From: Candidatus Sumerlaeaceae bacterium
GTDB lineage: Bacteria; Sumerlaeota; Sumerlaeia; Sumerlaeales; Sumerlaeaceae
DNA: 64,000 nt
Assembly (NCBI GenBank): GCA_049968255.1
Contig: JBMFRB010000009.1
Span: 84,362-148,361, forward strand
Direction: 5' to 3'
Shown: positions 51,701-60,879 of the stretch, one piece after another
How the letters are laid out: each line of letters starts with the position of its first letter
Numbering within the stretch: position 1 is the first letter of the stretch
Made by a program: the position numbers and the translations under genes
The notes under the pieces: generated by a model
What the model saw: only the letters and a program-made list of their open reading frames with translations
The model's database searches: none
What the model was told of the DNA's origin: nothing

Positions 51701-52259
51701 GGTCATCGCACGCGAACTCAAGCTCCGCGACATCGGTGGCATCATTGTCATTGATTTCATCGACATGCGCGACCCGCGCAACCGCGAGACGCTCCTCAAT
51801 GAGTTTCGTGCGCTGCTCCGCAAAGATCACGCGAAAAGCTCCGTGTCGGAAATCAGCGAGTTCGGTCTCGTGGAAATGACCCGCAAGCGGGTTCGCCAGA
51901 GTCTTCGAAAGACACTTTTCAGCGAGTGCCCCTACTGCAAAGGGTCGGGAGTCGTTCTTTCCGAGCAGCAGATTTGGATCCATCTGAAAAACAAGATCGT
52001 AGAAATCCTCGAAGGCTGTTATCCGCGGCCTGACCTCTCCGTGTCGCTCAATCCCACGATCAAAGACTTCGTGGAGAAAAATTACAAGGAAGTCCTCGAG
52101 CGGGTCGAACAGAATTACGGGGTGCGCATCACTTTGCAAGCCTCGGAATTCCTGCACGTGGAGCATTACCATATTGAAAAGAAACAGCGCGAGGGAAGCG
52201 TGCTCGACGCCTTGATTTCTGTTCCGAGCGAAGATAAAGAAAAAACCAACGGAAGCTGA
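48768..52259 (+). CDS. rne: RNase E/G family ribonuclease with a very long low-complexity insertion in the S1 domain
   Basis: NIYKGRVEGVLPGLSAAFV...AFLH, then LVQVTKEEIGGKGAR, GGYIIIDEAEALTAIDVNTG, DIGGIIVIDFIDM, GLVEMTRKR and CPYCKGSG. The rne versus rng assignment is uncertain. Confidence 0.9.
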   Translation: MKRVLINVEDRELRIAILENDQLTELYIESLDDKTILNNIYKGRVEGVLPGLSAAFVNLGFERNAFLHFDDVRPDLLLELKAKREGRELREPPVEIPEIPAEPGQETYQPSPEELEVVTQLHAEVPPEPLEPVVAVAPQGQSQRKRRRGRRGGRNRRKNRQSAQVSAQDQLLAQAAETATTSAANGSAPESPEPSQSTDGTQTTSPPLVEASHEISSVSQAVAGHGQHQSSRRRDRQRQKSRQKKEQRSGSARHPLGTVPPPGAIRGTRAATNPYDVFSPFALPKKQKTEKTRRRKTAHPTLDHLIGPTTLPPDVPIEKDSQLDFFGPAEPAAAPTNDEPVEEHPPATPSSSAVEDEFLDEANGNVAEAQLPANRSNKTRGSQRRSLRRKGPAQYAIRRKKSDMAETTEQAERTERTQEAADAASKRKSSRSRSRKTVEPAPQVAAELSEPQSPVQANTPAETSDAKVTPRKTTSRKKKKEGAADVLTASGSPAEPANDANVAGESATEKKPSRRSRKKAVPTSPALEAPPAPELPTVSQESVEPPVEEKPAKKRASRSTRRKKETSAVPALAAEAPPGELHQEASGPAALESRGEELPAPSESAPEKQQDVSTPGTFMGESRPADVETVPVAQECRDAGLEETGRGEPVASAQAPAAVDERDSETAAPASAADEQVLPTAESVAISLPAPSIDSAVPEDVPAALASAPVAQAAPEATLPCSQGRPSWRDRRHLLKVHEVMRKGDEILVQVTKEEIGGKGARISTYISLPGRYLVLLPFGNNEGGVSRRVESYEERRRLKRLQRKLRHDLGIRNMGLIIRTAGMERSEHELRKDAEFLLSEWRRIQERAASSKAPACVYDDSDILYRLCRDVFDESIDEIVVDNPAYYEKIRSILQNMIPELVPRLRLYEEPTNLFVRFSVDEKIRKAGRRKVWLKSGGYIIIDEAEALTAIDVNTGKFVGKDNQEQMILKTNLEAAQVIARELKLRDIGGIIVIDFIDMRDPRNRETLLNEFRALLRKDHAKSSVSEISEFGLVEMTRKRVRQSLRKTLFSECPYCKGSGVVLSEQQIWIHLKNKIVEILEGCYPRPDLSVSLNPTIKDFVEKNYKEVLERVEQNYGVRITLQASEFLHVEHYHIEKKQREGSVLDALISVPSEDKEKTNGS

Positions 52260-52334
52260 CAAGGCCGCGGTGTGCGGCGACGACACGCGCGGCGCCAGAG
52301 GACGATTTTCGCCTCAGAAAAAGTGTGGGAAAGA

Positions 52335-54215
52335 ATGAGTGGGTGGCCTCGAATCATTGCAGCCGTTTTACTCGTGGCGCTAGGCGGCGACGTGCGCGCC
52401 GAAAGTCAGAGCGTGTGCGGCGCGACCCCGACAGGAGGGGAAGAGCACGCAGGGCTAGAGCCGTCAGCGCTGCCAGAATTGCCGCGAGCACAGGGAGCGT
52501 TTTTCCCGCTTTACCGGCTTCGTTCGGCGAGCCCCGGCCCACTGCGTCCCGCTAATGAACTGTGGGTCGAGCAGACCCTCAACGCGATGACTCTCGACGA
52601 AAAACTCGGGCAAATGATTATGCCCGCCTACTCTGCCTCCACCGCCGACTCGCTCGTTACCTCGCAACGCGTCGGAGGCTTTATTTTTCTTGGAAACAAC
52701 AATACCGCTTCCGCGCTCCTCGCTGCCACGAATCATCTGCAGAGCATTACTTCTGTTCCATTGATGTTCGCCGTGGATTGCGAAGCGGGGCTTGGCGCGC
52801 GTGTGGTGGACGCCACACGCTTTCCGCTCAATATGTCCGGAGGGGCCTCGCAGGATCGCAATCTTGCGATGCTGCAAGGTCGCGTAACCGCGCGCGAATG
52901 CCGTGCGGTAGGAATTCACATCGGGTTCGGCCCTGTTGTCGACGTCAATACCGAGCCGGTCAATCCTATCATCGGCATTCGGTCCTATGGCGATAACCCT
53001 TCCATTGTCACTCACATGGCGGAGTCTTACGTCGAAGGGGCGCACAGCGACGGCCTTCTTTGCACGTTCAAACATTTCCCTGGTCATGGCGCCACGAAAG
53101 GCGATTCCCACAACTCGCTGCCGGTGGTGGATATCCCCTGCACAGAGCTCGAAAACAATCACGTGGCGCCCTACCGCGAGCTCCTTGGTCGCGGGCTGGG
53201 CGACCTGGTTATGAGTGCGCATGTTTGGTATACTTGTCTCGACCCTGGCACCACGGCATGGCCGGCCACACTGTCCACGAATGCCCTCACGGGCATCCTG
53301 CGGACAGAGCTCCAGTACGACGGTGCTGTGATCTCGGATTCTTTTGGTATGGCCGGTTTGCTCGCCGCCGCCTCCACCTACGATGCCGCGCGCCTCGGCG
53401 TGCAGGCAGGGCTCGACATCATCCTCACCCCCAATAGTGTCACGGACGCTCTCAATGGTCTACGCGACGCGGTCAACTCGGGCAACATCCCTCTCGAACG
53501 CATCAATCAAGCTGTGCGCCGAATTCTTCGGCTCAAGAGTCGGGTCGGTTTGCCTGAGGCCGCTTTCGTGGATCCGCAGATTATGGCCCGCACGGTTGGT
53601 CATCCTGACCATCGGGCTATTGCCGAAGCTCTTGCCCGGCGATGCGTCGTTGGCGCCAAAACGAATCCGGCGGATTTTCCGACCACACCACCTTCGCAGC
53701 GGGTGCTGTGCCTTGCTCTGGACCCCTCTTCTTCGATTTTCTATCTCTACAGCGGTTCGTATTTCATGGATGAATTTGCCCGCCTTCACGACAATGTGTC
53801 GACAATGACGGTGTCGACTAATGTCTCGAGCACGCAGCGGTCTCAAATTCTCGCGCAGGCGGCAAACTACGACCGCATCATTATTCTCAGTCGTGACTGG
53901 AAACCCACGATATCTTCGAATCAGCAATTGCTGATTCAGGCGCTCATTGATCTAGGTAAGCCACTCGCTTATGTGTCAGCGGGCAGCCCCTGGCATGTGA
54001 ATATGTTCACGAATTTACACAATTACTATTGTGGCTTCTCCTCCCATTATGAAATTCAACGTCAGTTAGCGCGAGTGCTGGCAGGAACAGCATCGCTCTC
54101 CGGTAACTGGCCCGTCGCGATGGTGGACGGTGTGTGGGTCCCACTCCGACCTCCCACCGTGCCAACGCTTTCTCGCGTAGAACAGTGGCTCGACTTTGCG
54201 CCTCAAGCACCTTAG
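52335..54215 (+). CDS. Secreted GH3 beta-N-acetylhexosaminidase (NagZ-like) with a C-terminal domain
   Basis: Signal peptide, DEKLGQM, VDCEAG, GPVVDVN, IRSYG, KHFPGHGATKGDSH (NagZ signature), ISDSFGM. Confidence 0.9.
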   Translation: MSGWPRIIAAVLLVALGGDVRAESQSVCGATPTGGEEHAGLEPSALPELPRAQGAFFPLYRLRSASPGPLRPANELWVEQTLNAMTLDEKLGQMIMPAYSASTADSLVTSQRVGGFIFLGNNNTASALLAATNHLQSITSVPLMFAVDCEAGLGARVVDATRFPLNMSGGASQDRNLAMLQGRVTARECRAVGIHIGFGPVVDVNTEPVNPIIGIRSYGDNPSIVTHMAESYVEGAHSDGLLCTFKHFPGHGATKGDSHNSLPVVDIPCTELENNHVAPYRELLGRGLGDLVMSAHVWYTCLDPGTTAWPATLSTNALTGILRTELQYDGAVISDSFGMAGLLAAASTYDAARLGVQAGLDIILTPNSVTDALNGLRDAVNSGNIPLERINQAVRRILRLKSRVGLPEAAFVDPQIMARTVGHPDHRAIAEALARRCVVGAKTNPADFPTTPPSQRVLCLALDPSSSIFYLYSGSYFMDEFARLHDNVSTMTVSTNVSSTQRSQILAQAANYDRIIILSRDWKPTISSNQQLLIQALIDLGKPLAYVSAGSPWHVNMFTNLHNYYCGFSSHYEIQRQLARVLAGTASLSGNWPVAMVDGVWVPLRPPTVPTLSRVEQWLDFAPQAP

Positions 54216-55951
54216 CCCGCCTTGGCTGAGGCGGCAGCTTGGTTATCTGTCGGTTCGGCGAAAATGGCATAGTGCCGAAAAAAGTCGTAGAATTGCGGAT
54301 GACGGAAAATCCGTGAGAAGTCCTCGGTGACCTCCACAGGTGACATGATGAAGGACTGGGTTTCTTCATCTGTCCAGCCGCTGTGCGCGCCAAATTCAAA
54401 AGAGTAGCTGACGTGCCCTGCAGGCGCGCCCCCTCCCCAAATGCACAGGTCACCGGCGCGCGGAAAGAGTGTGAGCCGGCGGATCTGGCTGAGAATTTGG
54501 CGACGGCGTGGCGAGCTGTCGCATGGCAAAACACCGGTCGACTGCACCGAAAATTCTCCCACAATCGCCTGCCCGTGTCGGCTGCGGATGAGCACGTCGC
54601 CGTCGGCGAGCCGCACCGACACCATGCCAATTCCATCATGCGCGAGGAGTCGGTCCACGAGATGGGGATGGATCTCCTCGATCTGCTCATAGGTCAGCGG
54701 CTCTGGAATCTTTGCCCAGTACACAAAGGCAACAGGTCCGCTCGAGACGACAAACACATCGAGCAGCACGTCCAGATCCACATCCTCGGTGAGTTTGACG
54801 AGCTGCTTTTGCGTCCGGCGGATATAAGCGCGCAAAGGGCGACGCAGAAGTCGTGGCATCCAGCGCTCGAGTTGTTGCAGTCCTGCGAGGGTGGCAGAAA
54901 GGTGCGCGCTGCGGTCGTCTTGCCTTAGATGACTCTCCACGAGCAGTGTGTCGAGTTGAGTTTGGAGGAATTCCCCCAGTGTTTCGCCGGCCACGGCTTC
55001 GAACGGTTTCACAGCGCACTGGCCATGGTCAGAGAGAATGTAAAAATCATAGGCTCGCTCGGAGTAGAGCGCCGCCTTGTAGAGCCTCTCAATGCACCGG
55101 TCTATTCCTTTTAGCGTCCAAAGGGCCACCCGGCTGTCGGGCCCCCGCAGGTGAGCATGCTCATCGTAGCCAAGATAATTGAGATAAATCACAGGTACTC
55201 TGCGATAGACATCAATGATGGCGCCGAGCGTGATGAGCTCGCGCGTGACGATTGTCAGCGCCACGCGCAAAGCCACAAATTCTAGCTCGCGACGAAGCGT
55301 ACCGGTTTGCACGAACCATCGCAGAGAATCGTAGAGCCCCAGCAGAATTTCCAGCACCACAAGCCCCGCAATTTTTAAGATCACCACGACGTTGAGCACG
55401 GTGAGGAGCACAATGTCCCATACTCTGAACACAAAGCGCCAGCGCTGGGGAGCGAGCAGGGTGCTGAAAACAAAAAGCGCCGCGTCCGCCTCACCTGTAA
55501 AGACGCAACTAAATACGCTTCCGCCGCGCAGCAGTCCTGGCTTTGAGAATTCTTTCTCGATCCGATAAGCGCACTCGCTCGAACCCATCCGATAGTAAAA
55601 GTGCTCGCGCTTGTCGTAAAACTGAAATCCAGGGATGTTATCATTCGAGCCGTAGAAAAATCCGCCTTGGAAAGCGGGAGTGGAGGTCGGCAATTCGCTC
55701 GAAAAGTGTTGGAGACGCATCTTACCCTTGCGCAAAAGTTGGCGAAGAAAGGGCATGCGACGCTGAGCAAGCGCGTGCCGAAGCCTCCCGTGCGAAAGAC
55801 CGTCAAGTTGGACGACAATCAGTCCGCGGCGATCGAGCGGCACATCGCTAAACGGTATGCCAATTCGCCGCAGTAGAGCCGGGCCGCGTGTGAGAAAAAC
55901 GTTGACGAAGCGCCGGCCGCGCTCCCACAACTCGCGCACTTTTCTTAGCAT
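54212..55951 (-). CDS. Alkaline phosphatase superfamily / type I phosphodiesterase-like membrane protein
   Basis: VVQLDGL, PTSTPAFQ, YLGYDEHAH, ILSDHGQ, GAHSG, with internal TM segments. Confidence 0.8.
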   Translation of the reverse strand: MLRKVRELWERGRRFVNVFLTRGPALLRRIGIPFSDVPLDRRGLIVVQLDGLSHGRLRHALAQRRMPFLRQLLRKGKMRLQHFSSELPTSTPAFQGGFFYGSNDNIPGFQFYDKREHFYYRMGSSECAYRIEKEFSKPGLLRGGSVFSCVFTGEADAALFVFSTLLAPQRWRFVFRVWDIVLLTVLNVVVILKIAGLVVLEILLGLYDSLRWFVQTGTLRRELEFVALRVALTIVTRELITLGAIIDVYRRVPVIYLNYLGYDEHAHLRGPDSRVALWTLKGIDRCIERLYKAALYSERAYDFYILSDHGQCAVKPFEAVAGETLGEFLQTQLDTLLVESHLRQDDRSAHLSATLAGLQQLERWMPRLLRRPLRAYIRRTQKQLVKLTEDVDLDVLLDVFVVSSGPVAFVYWAKIPEPLTYEQIEEIHPHLVDRLLAHDGIGMVSVRLADGDVLIRSRHGQAIVGEFSVQSTGVLPCDSSPRRRQILSQIRRLTLFPRAGDLCIWGGGAPAGHVSYSFEFGAHSGWTDEETQSFIMSPVEVTEDFSRIFRHPQFYDFFRHYAIFAEPTDNQAAASAKAG

Positions 55952-56094
55952 GCCTTCCTTTCTTGACGAAAAAAGACTTGCGTCTCTTGCGCACTAGAGA
56001 AGCTCTTGATAGAACTTATTCAATTTGACAATGTTTTCAGCTGTCGCGAAGAGCGCACCGATTTGAAAAACAAATGAAAAGAAAGTCATGACCC

Positions 56095-57339
56095 ATGCGC
56101 AAAGCCATTGTCTATGCTGCCCTCCTGAGCCTCGTGCTTGCTTTTTTCAGTGCTTGTTCATCGCGCGGTCCTGCCGAGCGACTAGAAAAAGTCGGGAAGC
56201 TCTTCCAGCAAAATGACTACCTTGGCGCACGCCTCGAAGCAAAAGAGCTCATCCTGAAGTATCCCGAGTCCGAAGAAGCGATCATTGCTCATTTCGTGCT
56301 CGCGCAAATCTATAATGCCGATGGGCAACCCGATGAAGCGCTGAGCGAGTTGAGTCAGGTGCTTGCACGCAAGAGCCAAAAGGATCAGGAAGGCATTCAG
56401 GCGCTTGGCTTCAGCATTGATATCCTCAAGCGCACAAAGCGCTACGAAGAAGCTTACCGGTTGATTGACAAGTATCAAAAAGAATACGCGAATGATCAGC
56501 TCACCTCACTCCAGCTTTCCGTCGCCCGGGCCGACGTCATGGCCGAGGCTGGCCAGACCACGCCGGCTCGGACCATGCTCGAAGGATTCCTGAAAGAGAG
56601 CACTACGCCACTTGAACGCAAACAGTTCCGCCAGCTCATCGCACAAACCTTCCTCCGCGAAAACGATCCAACTGCGGCAGCGCGCTACTTCGAGGCGATG
56701 TTCGCTCAGGCGCCGACGAATGAAGATCGACGCGACATTGCATTGCGTACGGCTTGGTTCTATGCCGCAGCAGCAAATTACGAAAAGGCACGCGAGTGGA
56801 CCGAGAAAGCAACACAGGAATTCGCTAAGGCGATTGCCGAGGAACTCGACGGACGTCAGAAACTCATGCTTGCGCAAGTTCTGGCAAATCTTTACGCCCA
56901 CGTGGGAAACCTGCAAGGGGCCAAGCAAATCCTGAAAGCGATTTACGATGCACCCTACGCGCCGCAAGAGCAGCTCGCGCGTGTCATCAATGATATGGTT
57001 GTCACGCTCCTGCGCATGGGTAAAGCAGACGAGGCCATCGAGTTTGTTCGCGAGGCAGCAAAGCGCTTCCCCCAATCGCCGCTGGCGCAGCAGGCTGTGC
57101 AAATGGAAACGCTCAAGTCGCAGGGCAAATTCGACACGGTGGATACTTCGCCGTTGGTCCTGCGCTTTGCCACAGACACGCCCATCGCGCTTGATGTGAA
57201 ACTCCTCGCTGCTGATGAAACTACCCCACCAGCGCAAGGCTCACGAAAGGAAGAAGACACCAGCGCCGCCCTGCTTTCAAAAGAGACGGTTGTGGAAAAC
57301 ACTAGCGTCGCTCGAGCGGCAGAAGAAACGACGCGTTAG
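56095..57339 (+). CDS. TPR-repeat lipoprotein
   Basis: Lipobox FFSAC followed by multiple TPR-like helical repeats (LILKYPESEEA, AAKRFPQSPLA). Confidence 0.8.
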   Translation: MRKAIVYAALLSLVLAFFSACSSRGPAERLEKVGKLFQQNDYLGARLEAKELILKYPESEEAIIAHFVLAQIYNADGQPDEALSELSQVLARKSQKDQEGIQALGFSIDILKRTKRYEEAYRLIDKYQKEYANDQLTSLQLSVARADVMAEAGQTTPARTMLEGFLKESTTPLERKQFRQLIAQTFLRENDPTAAARYFEAMFAQAPTNEDRRDIALRTAWFYAAAANYEKAREWTEKATQEFAKAIAEELDGRQKLMLAQVLANLYAHVGNLQGAKQILKAIYDAPYAPQEQLARVINDMVVTLLRMGKADEAIEFVREAAKRFPQSPLAQQAVQMETLKSQGKFDTVDTSPLVLRFATDTPIALDVKLLAADETTPPAQGSRKEEDTSAALLSKETVVENTSVARAAEETTR

Positions 57340-58039
57340 TTCAAGCTTTTTTGCAGTTTCCCTTTCGGCCAGAAGCCCACTACCACCCTTAGGGGCTGTA
57401 GGGCTGCGGGAACAAAAGCTTCTGCCAGCTCGTGTCCTCAGTTTGATAGCGATCTTAGGGTGCCTCAGTTTTGCGCTCCTGTGTCAGTCGCCGCTCCTTT
57501 CGATGTCACAGAGCAAAGTTGACACGGTTGCATGTCGAAGCATCCCACGTTTCTGATGGTTGAAAGCAGTGAGAGTCTTTGTTGCGCCCAATCGAGCAGG
57601 GGAACCGTCAACCAGTATGCGACCAGCTTTGCGCGCCCGCTGATGACCTATCCCATCTGCAAGACACGTCTCGATCGAACCGCGAAACAGCCTGGTTTTC
57701 GCCAGATCCTGAAACAGTTCTGCGACAAGACACGTGGGTAGATCGCTAGCCTCAGAGCGCGAGCAGTTGCCCGCCACCGCTCGCTCGAGGATGTTTGTCC
57801 AGCTCGTTACCACTCAGCCTCCAGTGTTTGCCCGCATCGGCGCACTACGCGCGGCGGATATGGCCTTTCCTTGTGTTAGAGACCGGAATTTCCCGTCCAA
57901 CCGAGAGAAGGAGAGTCACAGAGCTGCTACCGCAAGATACAGGCGTCTGTCATCACCAAGAGGCTGGCCAACCCATGCAACGATCTGGCATACCAAGCCA
58001 AGCCATTCTTGCGGTGCGCGGAGCGGACGGACTACTTTT

Positions 58040-59074
58040 TTACACATCCTCAATGTTCTCGCTCTGAAAAGCTTCCCACTCGATCCCGCGGTGGTATTTA
58101 GCTGTGGTCACAAGAATAAAGAAAAAACCCAGCACAACGCTGAAGAAAAGCGTGGAAAACCGGATGATAAACGTGGCGGGTACGGCCTGATGGGGTGGTA
58201 CGCCAAGCAGAAAGAGCATGCCCGTGAGCGTTGTTTCAAATCCCCCAATGCCGCCGGGCAGGAAGAACAAAAATCCGCCAAAAATCGTGGCCATGCAGAA
58301 GATAAAAGTGGCTTGACCTAGAGTAACATTTGTGGCGCCAACCCCCTGGAGAATGAGATAAAGCGCAAGGCATTCGAACGACCAGGAAAACGCTGCAAGC
58401 ACCGTTGTGACCAAGAGATTCTTTGTCGTCAGCAAGGGATACGTCGAATAATAGACTTTGCGAAGGCGGTTCGCCGTGCGCTGCAGACGTCCCACGCGTC
58501 CCAAGCATGCAAGAAGTCCATAAAAGAGCCGCTTGCGGGGGATGAGCCACACAAGGAAGAGCATAAATACCGCTGAGAAAATGAGAAACGCATAAATAGC
58601 GGTGCTTGTCAGCCAATGATTGTCGAGCCGCCCATGCGTTACTCCGGCCATGAACGCCCCCATCGTGGCTATGGCCAACACAATCATGCCGAGCAAATCC
58701 GAGATTCGTTCGCAGAAAACAAGCGGGATCGTGCGCCGCATTTTCTGATCAAAGTACTCCTTGAGCATGAATGGCTTAATGAGTTCGCCTATTCGGCCTG
58801 GCGAAATACACATCGAGTAGCCGCTGAAAAACACGAGAAAGCTGCCTAGCCGTGGGACCGACACGCCGGCAGCACGTCGATAGTATTCCCATTTGAGCTC
58901 ACGCACAAACAAGTTCACCAGCACTGCCCCGAGAATAAGCGGCATCTGCTGCCACGGGAAACGTCGCAGCGTTTCAAGATTCTTACGCGCATCGCTCCAA
59001 ATGGCGAATCCCGTGTAGAAGATCACGGCAAAGACTAGAATCCATATAATGCGTTTGATTACAGGGTTTCTCAT
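58040..59074 (-). CDS. Lysylphosphatidylglycerol synthase TM-domain (UPF0104 flippase-like) membrane protein
   Basis: ISPGRIGELIK, ERISD, LPGGIGGFE and multiple TM helices. Confidence 0.85.
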   Translation of the reverse strand: MRNPVIKRIIWILVFAVIFYTGFAIWSDARKNLETLRRFPWQQMPLILGAVLVNLFVRELKWEYYRRAAGVSVPRLGSFLVFFSGYSMCISPGRIGELIKPFMLKEYFDQKMRRTIPLVFCERISDLLGMIVLAIATMGAFMAGVTHGRLDNHWLTSTAIYAFLIFSAVFMLFLVWLIPRKRLFYGLLACLGRVGRLQRTANRLRKVYYSTYPLLTTKNLLVTTVLAAFSWSFECLALYLILQGVGATNVTLGQATFIFCMATIFGGFLFFLPGGIGGFETTLTGMLFLLGVPPHQAVPATFIIRFSTLFFSVVLGFFFILVTTAKYHRGIEWEAFQSENIEDV

Positions 59075-59234
59075 AGCTTTAGTAGTGCCTAACGTGAACG
59101 TGATAAGCGAACGCTAGCAAGTCCAAAGCGCGGCAGGTCTTGAGTGAGAGCAATGTTGATTGCTGCTTGCAGCTCAGGGAGCCGCGGTGCCCGTTTGGGC
59201 CTCTGCACGAATACAAAAAGGAGTCAAAAACACC

Positions 59235-59678
59235 ATGGAAGTCATTCTGTTTGCTGACGTGAAAGGGCTAGGTCGTCAGGGTGACCGAGTGAAAGTCTCG
59301 GAAGGCTACTATCGGAACTTCCTCAAGCCTCGTGGGTTAGCTGACGAAGCTACACCCGCGAACATCAAGCGCTTCGAAAAGATGAAGCAAAAGCAGCTAG
59401 AGCTTGTGGCACAGAAGGTGGCCGAGGCTCGCGACCTGGCCAGGCGTATCCAGGACCTTGTCGTCACAGTGAAAGCCAAGGCCGGTGAAAGCGACAAACT
59501 TTTTGGTTCGATCGGAGCCGCGGACATTGCCGAAGCCCTCAAGTCACAAGGTTATCTTATTGACAAAAAGCATATCGAGTTAGAAGAGCCGATAAAAAAG
59601 CTCGGCACGCATGAGGTCTTACTGCGCCTTCACCCTGAGGTCCGCGCCAAAGTCCGCGTCCTTGTCGAGCGGGCTTAG
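59235..59678 (+). CDS. rplI: 50S ribosomal protein L9
   Basis: MEVILFADVKGLGRQGDRVKVSEGYYRNFL, KLFGSI, PIKKLG.H.V..RLHPEV. SD AAGGAG. Confidence 0.97.
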   Translation: MEVILFADVKGLGRQGDRVKVSEGYYRNFLKPRGLADEATPANIKRFEKMKQKQLELVAQKVAEARDLARRIQDLVVTVKAKAGESDKLFGSIGAADIAEALKSQGYLIDKKHIELEEPIKKLGTHEVLLRLHPEVRAKVRVLVERA

Positions 59679-59951
59679 CAGTGGCGTATCGGCTAAACGG
59701 GACTCTCCCTATCTATACAGAATGGCAAAAGCGAGATGCTGAACTAGGTGCGTCGGCAGGCCGCATCAAACATGGCTAGGCGTTTTGGGAGAACATTGGC
59801 GCTTGAGCGGGGAGATCCACGGAAAGGATTTGTTCGCACGTACGTGGCGAGTCGCCTGTCTGATAAATAGTGCGAAAAAAAATGGTTTATAAAACGGGGC
59901 GATTCGTGCGACGTCGAAAATGGCAGGCTGTGCCCGTGCCCAGAAAATGAC

Positions 59952-60045
59952 TGGCGGAGAGGCAGGGATTCGAACCCTGGATACCCGGCTTAACGGGTAT
60001 ACTCGCTTTCGAGGCGAGCTCCTTCAACCACTCGGACACCTCTCC
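59952..60045 (-). tRNA. tRNA-Ser(CGA)
   Basis: Minus strand reads GGAGAGGTGTCCGAGTGGTTGAAGGAGCTCGC-CTCGAAA-GCGAG, long variable arm, CAGGGTTCGAATCCCTGCCTCTCCGCCA. Confidence 0.97.
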
Positions 60046-60879
60046 GCTCACCGCACACGGTTTGCGCTTTTTCTTCTATCGAAGCGACAACCTCCCTATT
60101 CAATGAGGAGACCGCGCATTTTCCTGCGGAGGCGACTTTTGCCAAGTTGCTTGCCTAGGGCCGGCGCGATTCACACTCCAAAAAGAGGGAACGGCGCATC
60201 CTGGAAAAACCACGCGTTCACCCGTCGCTAACATGATGGCTCTTGCGCGTCGTTTCTCCAGTCGTCATTGTCCGCGAGCGAGCAACGCTTGTGTAGCTCT
60301 TGCCAAAAGAGTTGCCAAGCGTGACTTCTGTTTATGAGCGACTCTTGGACGGCTTTGCTTGAAAAGCGGCAAAACTTGCCTGCGGGTTATTGATGATAAG
60401 TCATTTATAATCAGTGTTCTATACAACAACTTACATTTTGCAACACCAGTTGGTTATTTTTGTGTTGCAATTCCTGGTCAACCGGCTATTCTTATTAATT
60501 CGTTAGCTGCCGGAAAGGAAATGGCGGCAGCGACACACCGATTTTGTTGATAGATTCGTTTGTTGAGAAGTTCCGATTCGGGGCATCGAAGCCGTGCTCT
60601 CGGACGAGGCGGCTTCGATGTGCCGGATCGAAAAGATTAAATCGGCGGCAAAAATCAACAGAATCGGGAGAGATACGGGTGAGAGAGCTACCAGTTCTTC
60701 GGGAGAGACGGCTGTGGCAGGTGAGACCTAAATCGCACCGCCGCTCTAACTTGCGGGCGTCAGGTCCAGATCACCGCGTAAGCAATCCTTCACACTCTCT
60801 ACATTTTGCTGCGCCATCCCGTGTGGCCGCAGGGGACTTCTTCTTTGCTGAGAAACCAATCTTTTCAGGGAGCGCTACC

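Noticed and set aside
60385-60435. AT-rich TAAGTCATTTATAATCA element as a recombination site or repeat
   Set aside because: The palindrome is incomplete and there is no clear second copy in the window.
60636-60745. c-di-GMP-I riboswitch
   Set aside because: GGCAAA is present, but the GNRA-capped stem and GACGCAAAGC consensus are not. Kept only as an unassigned structured leader.
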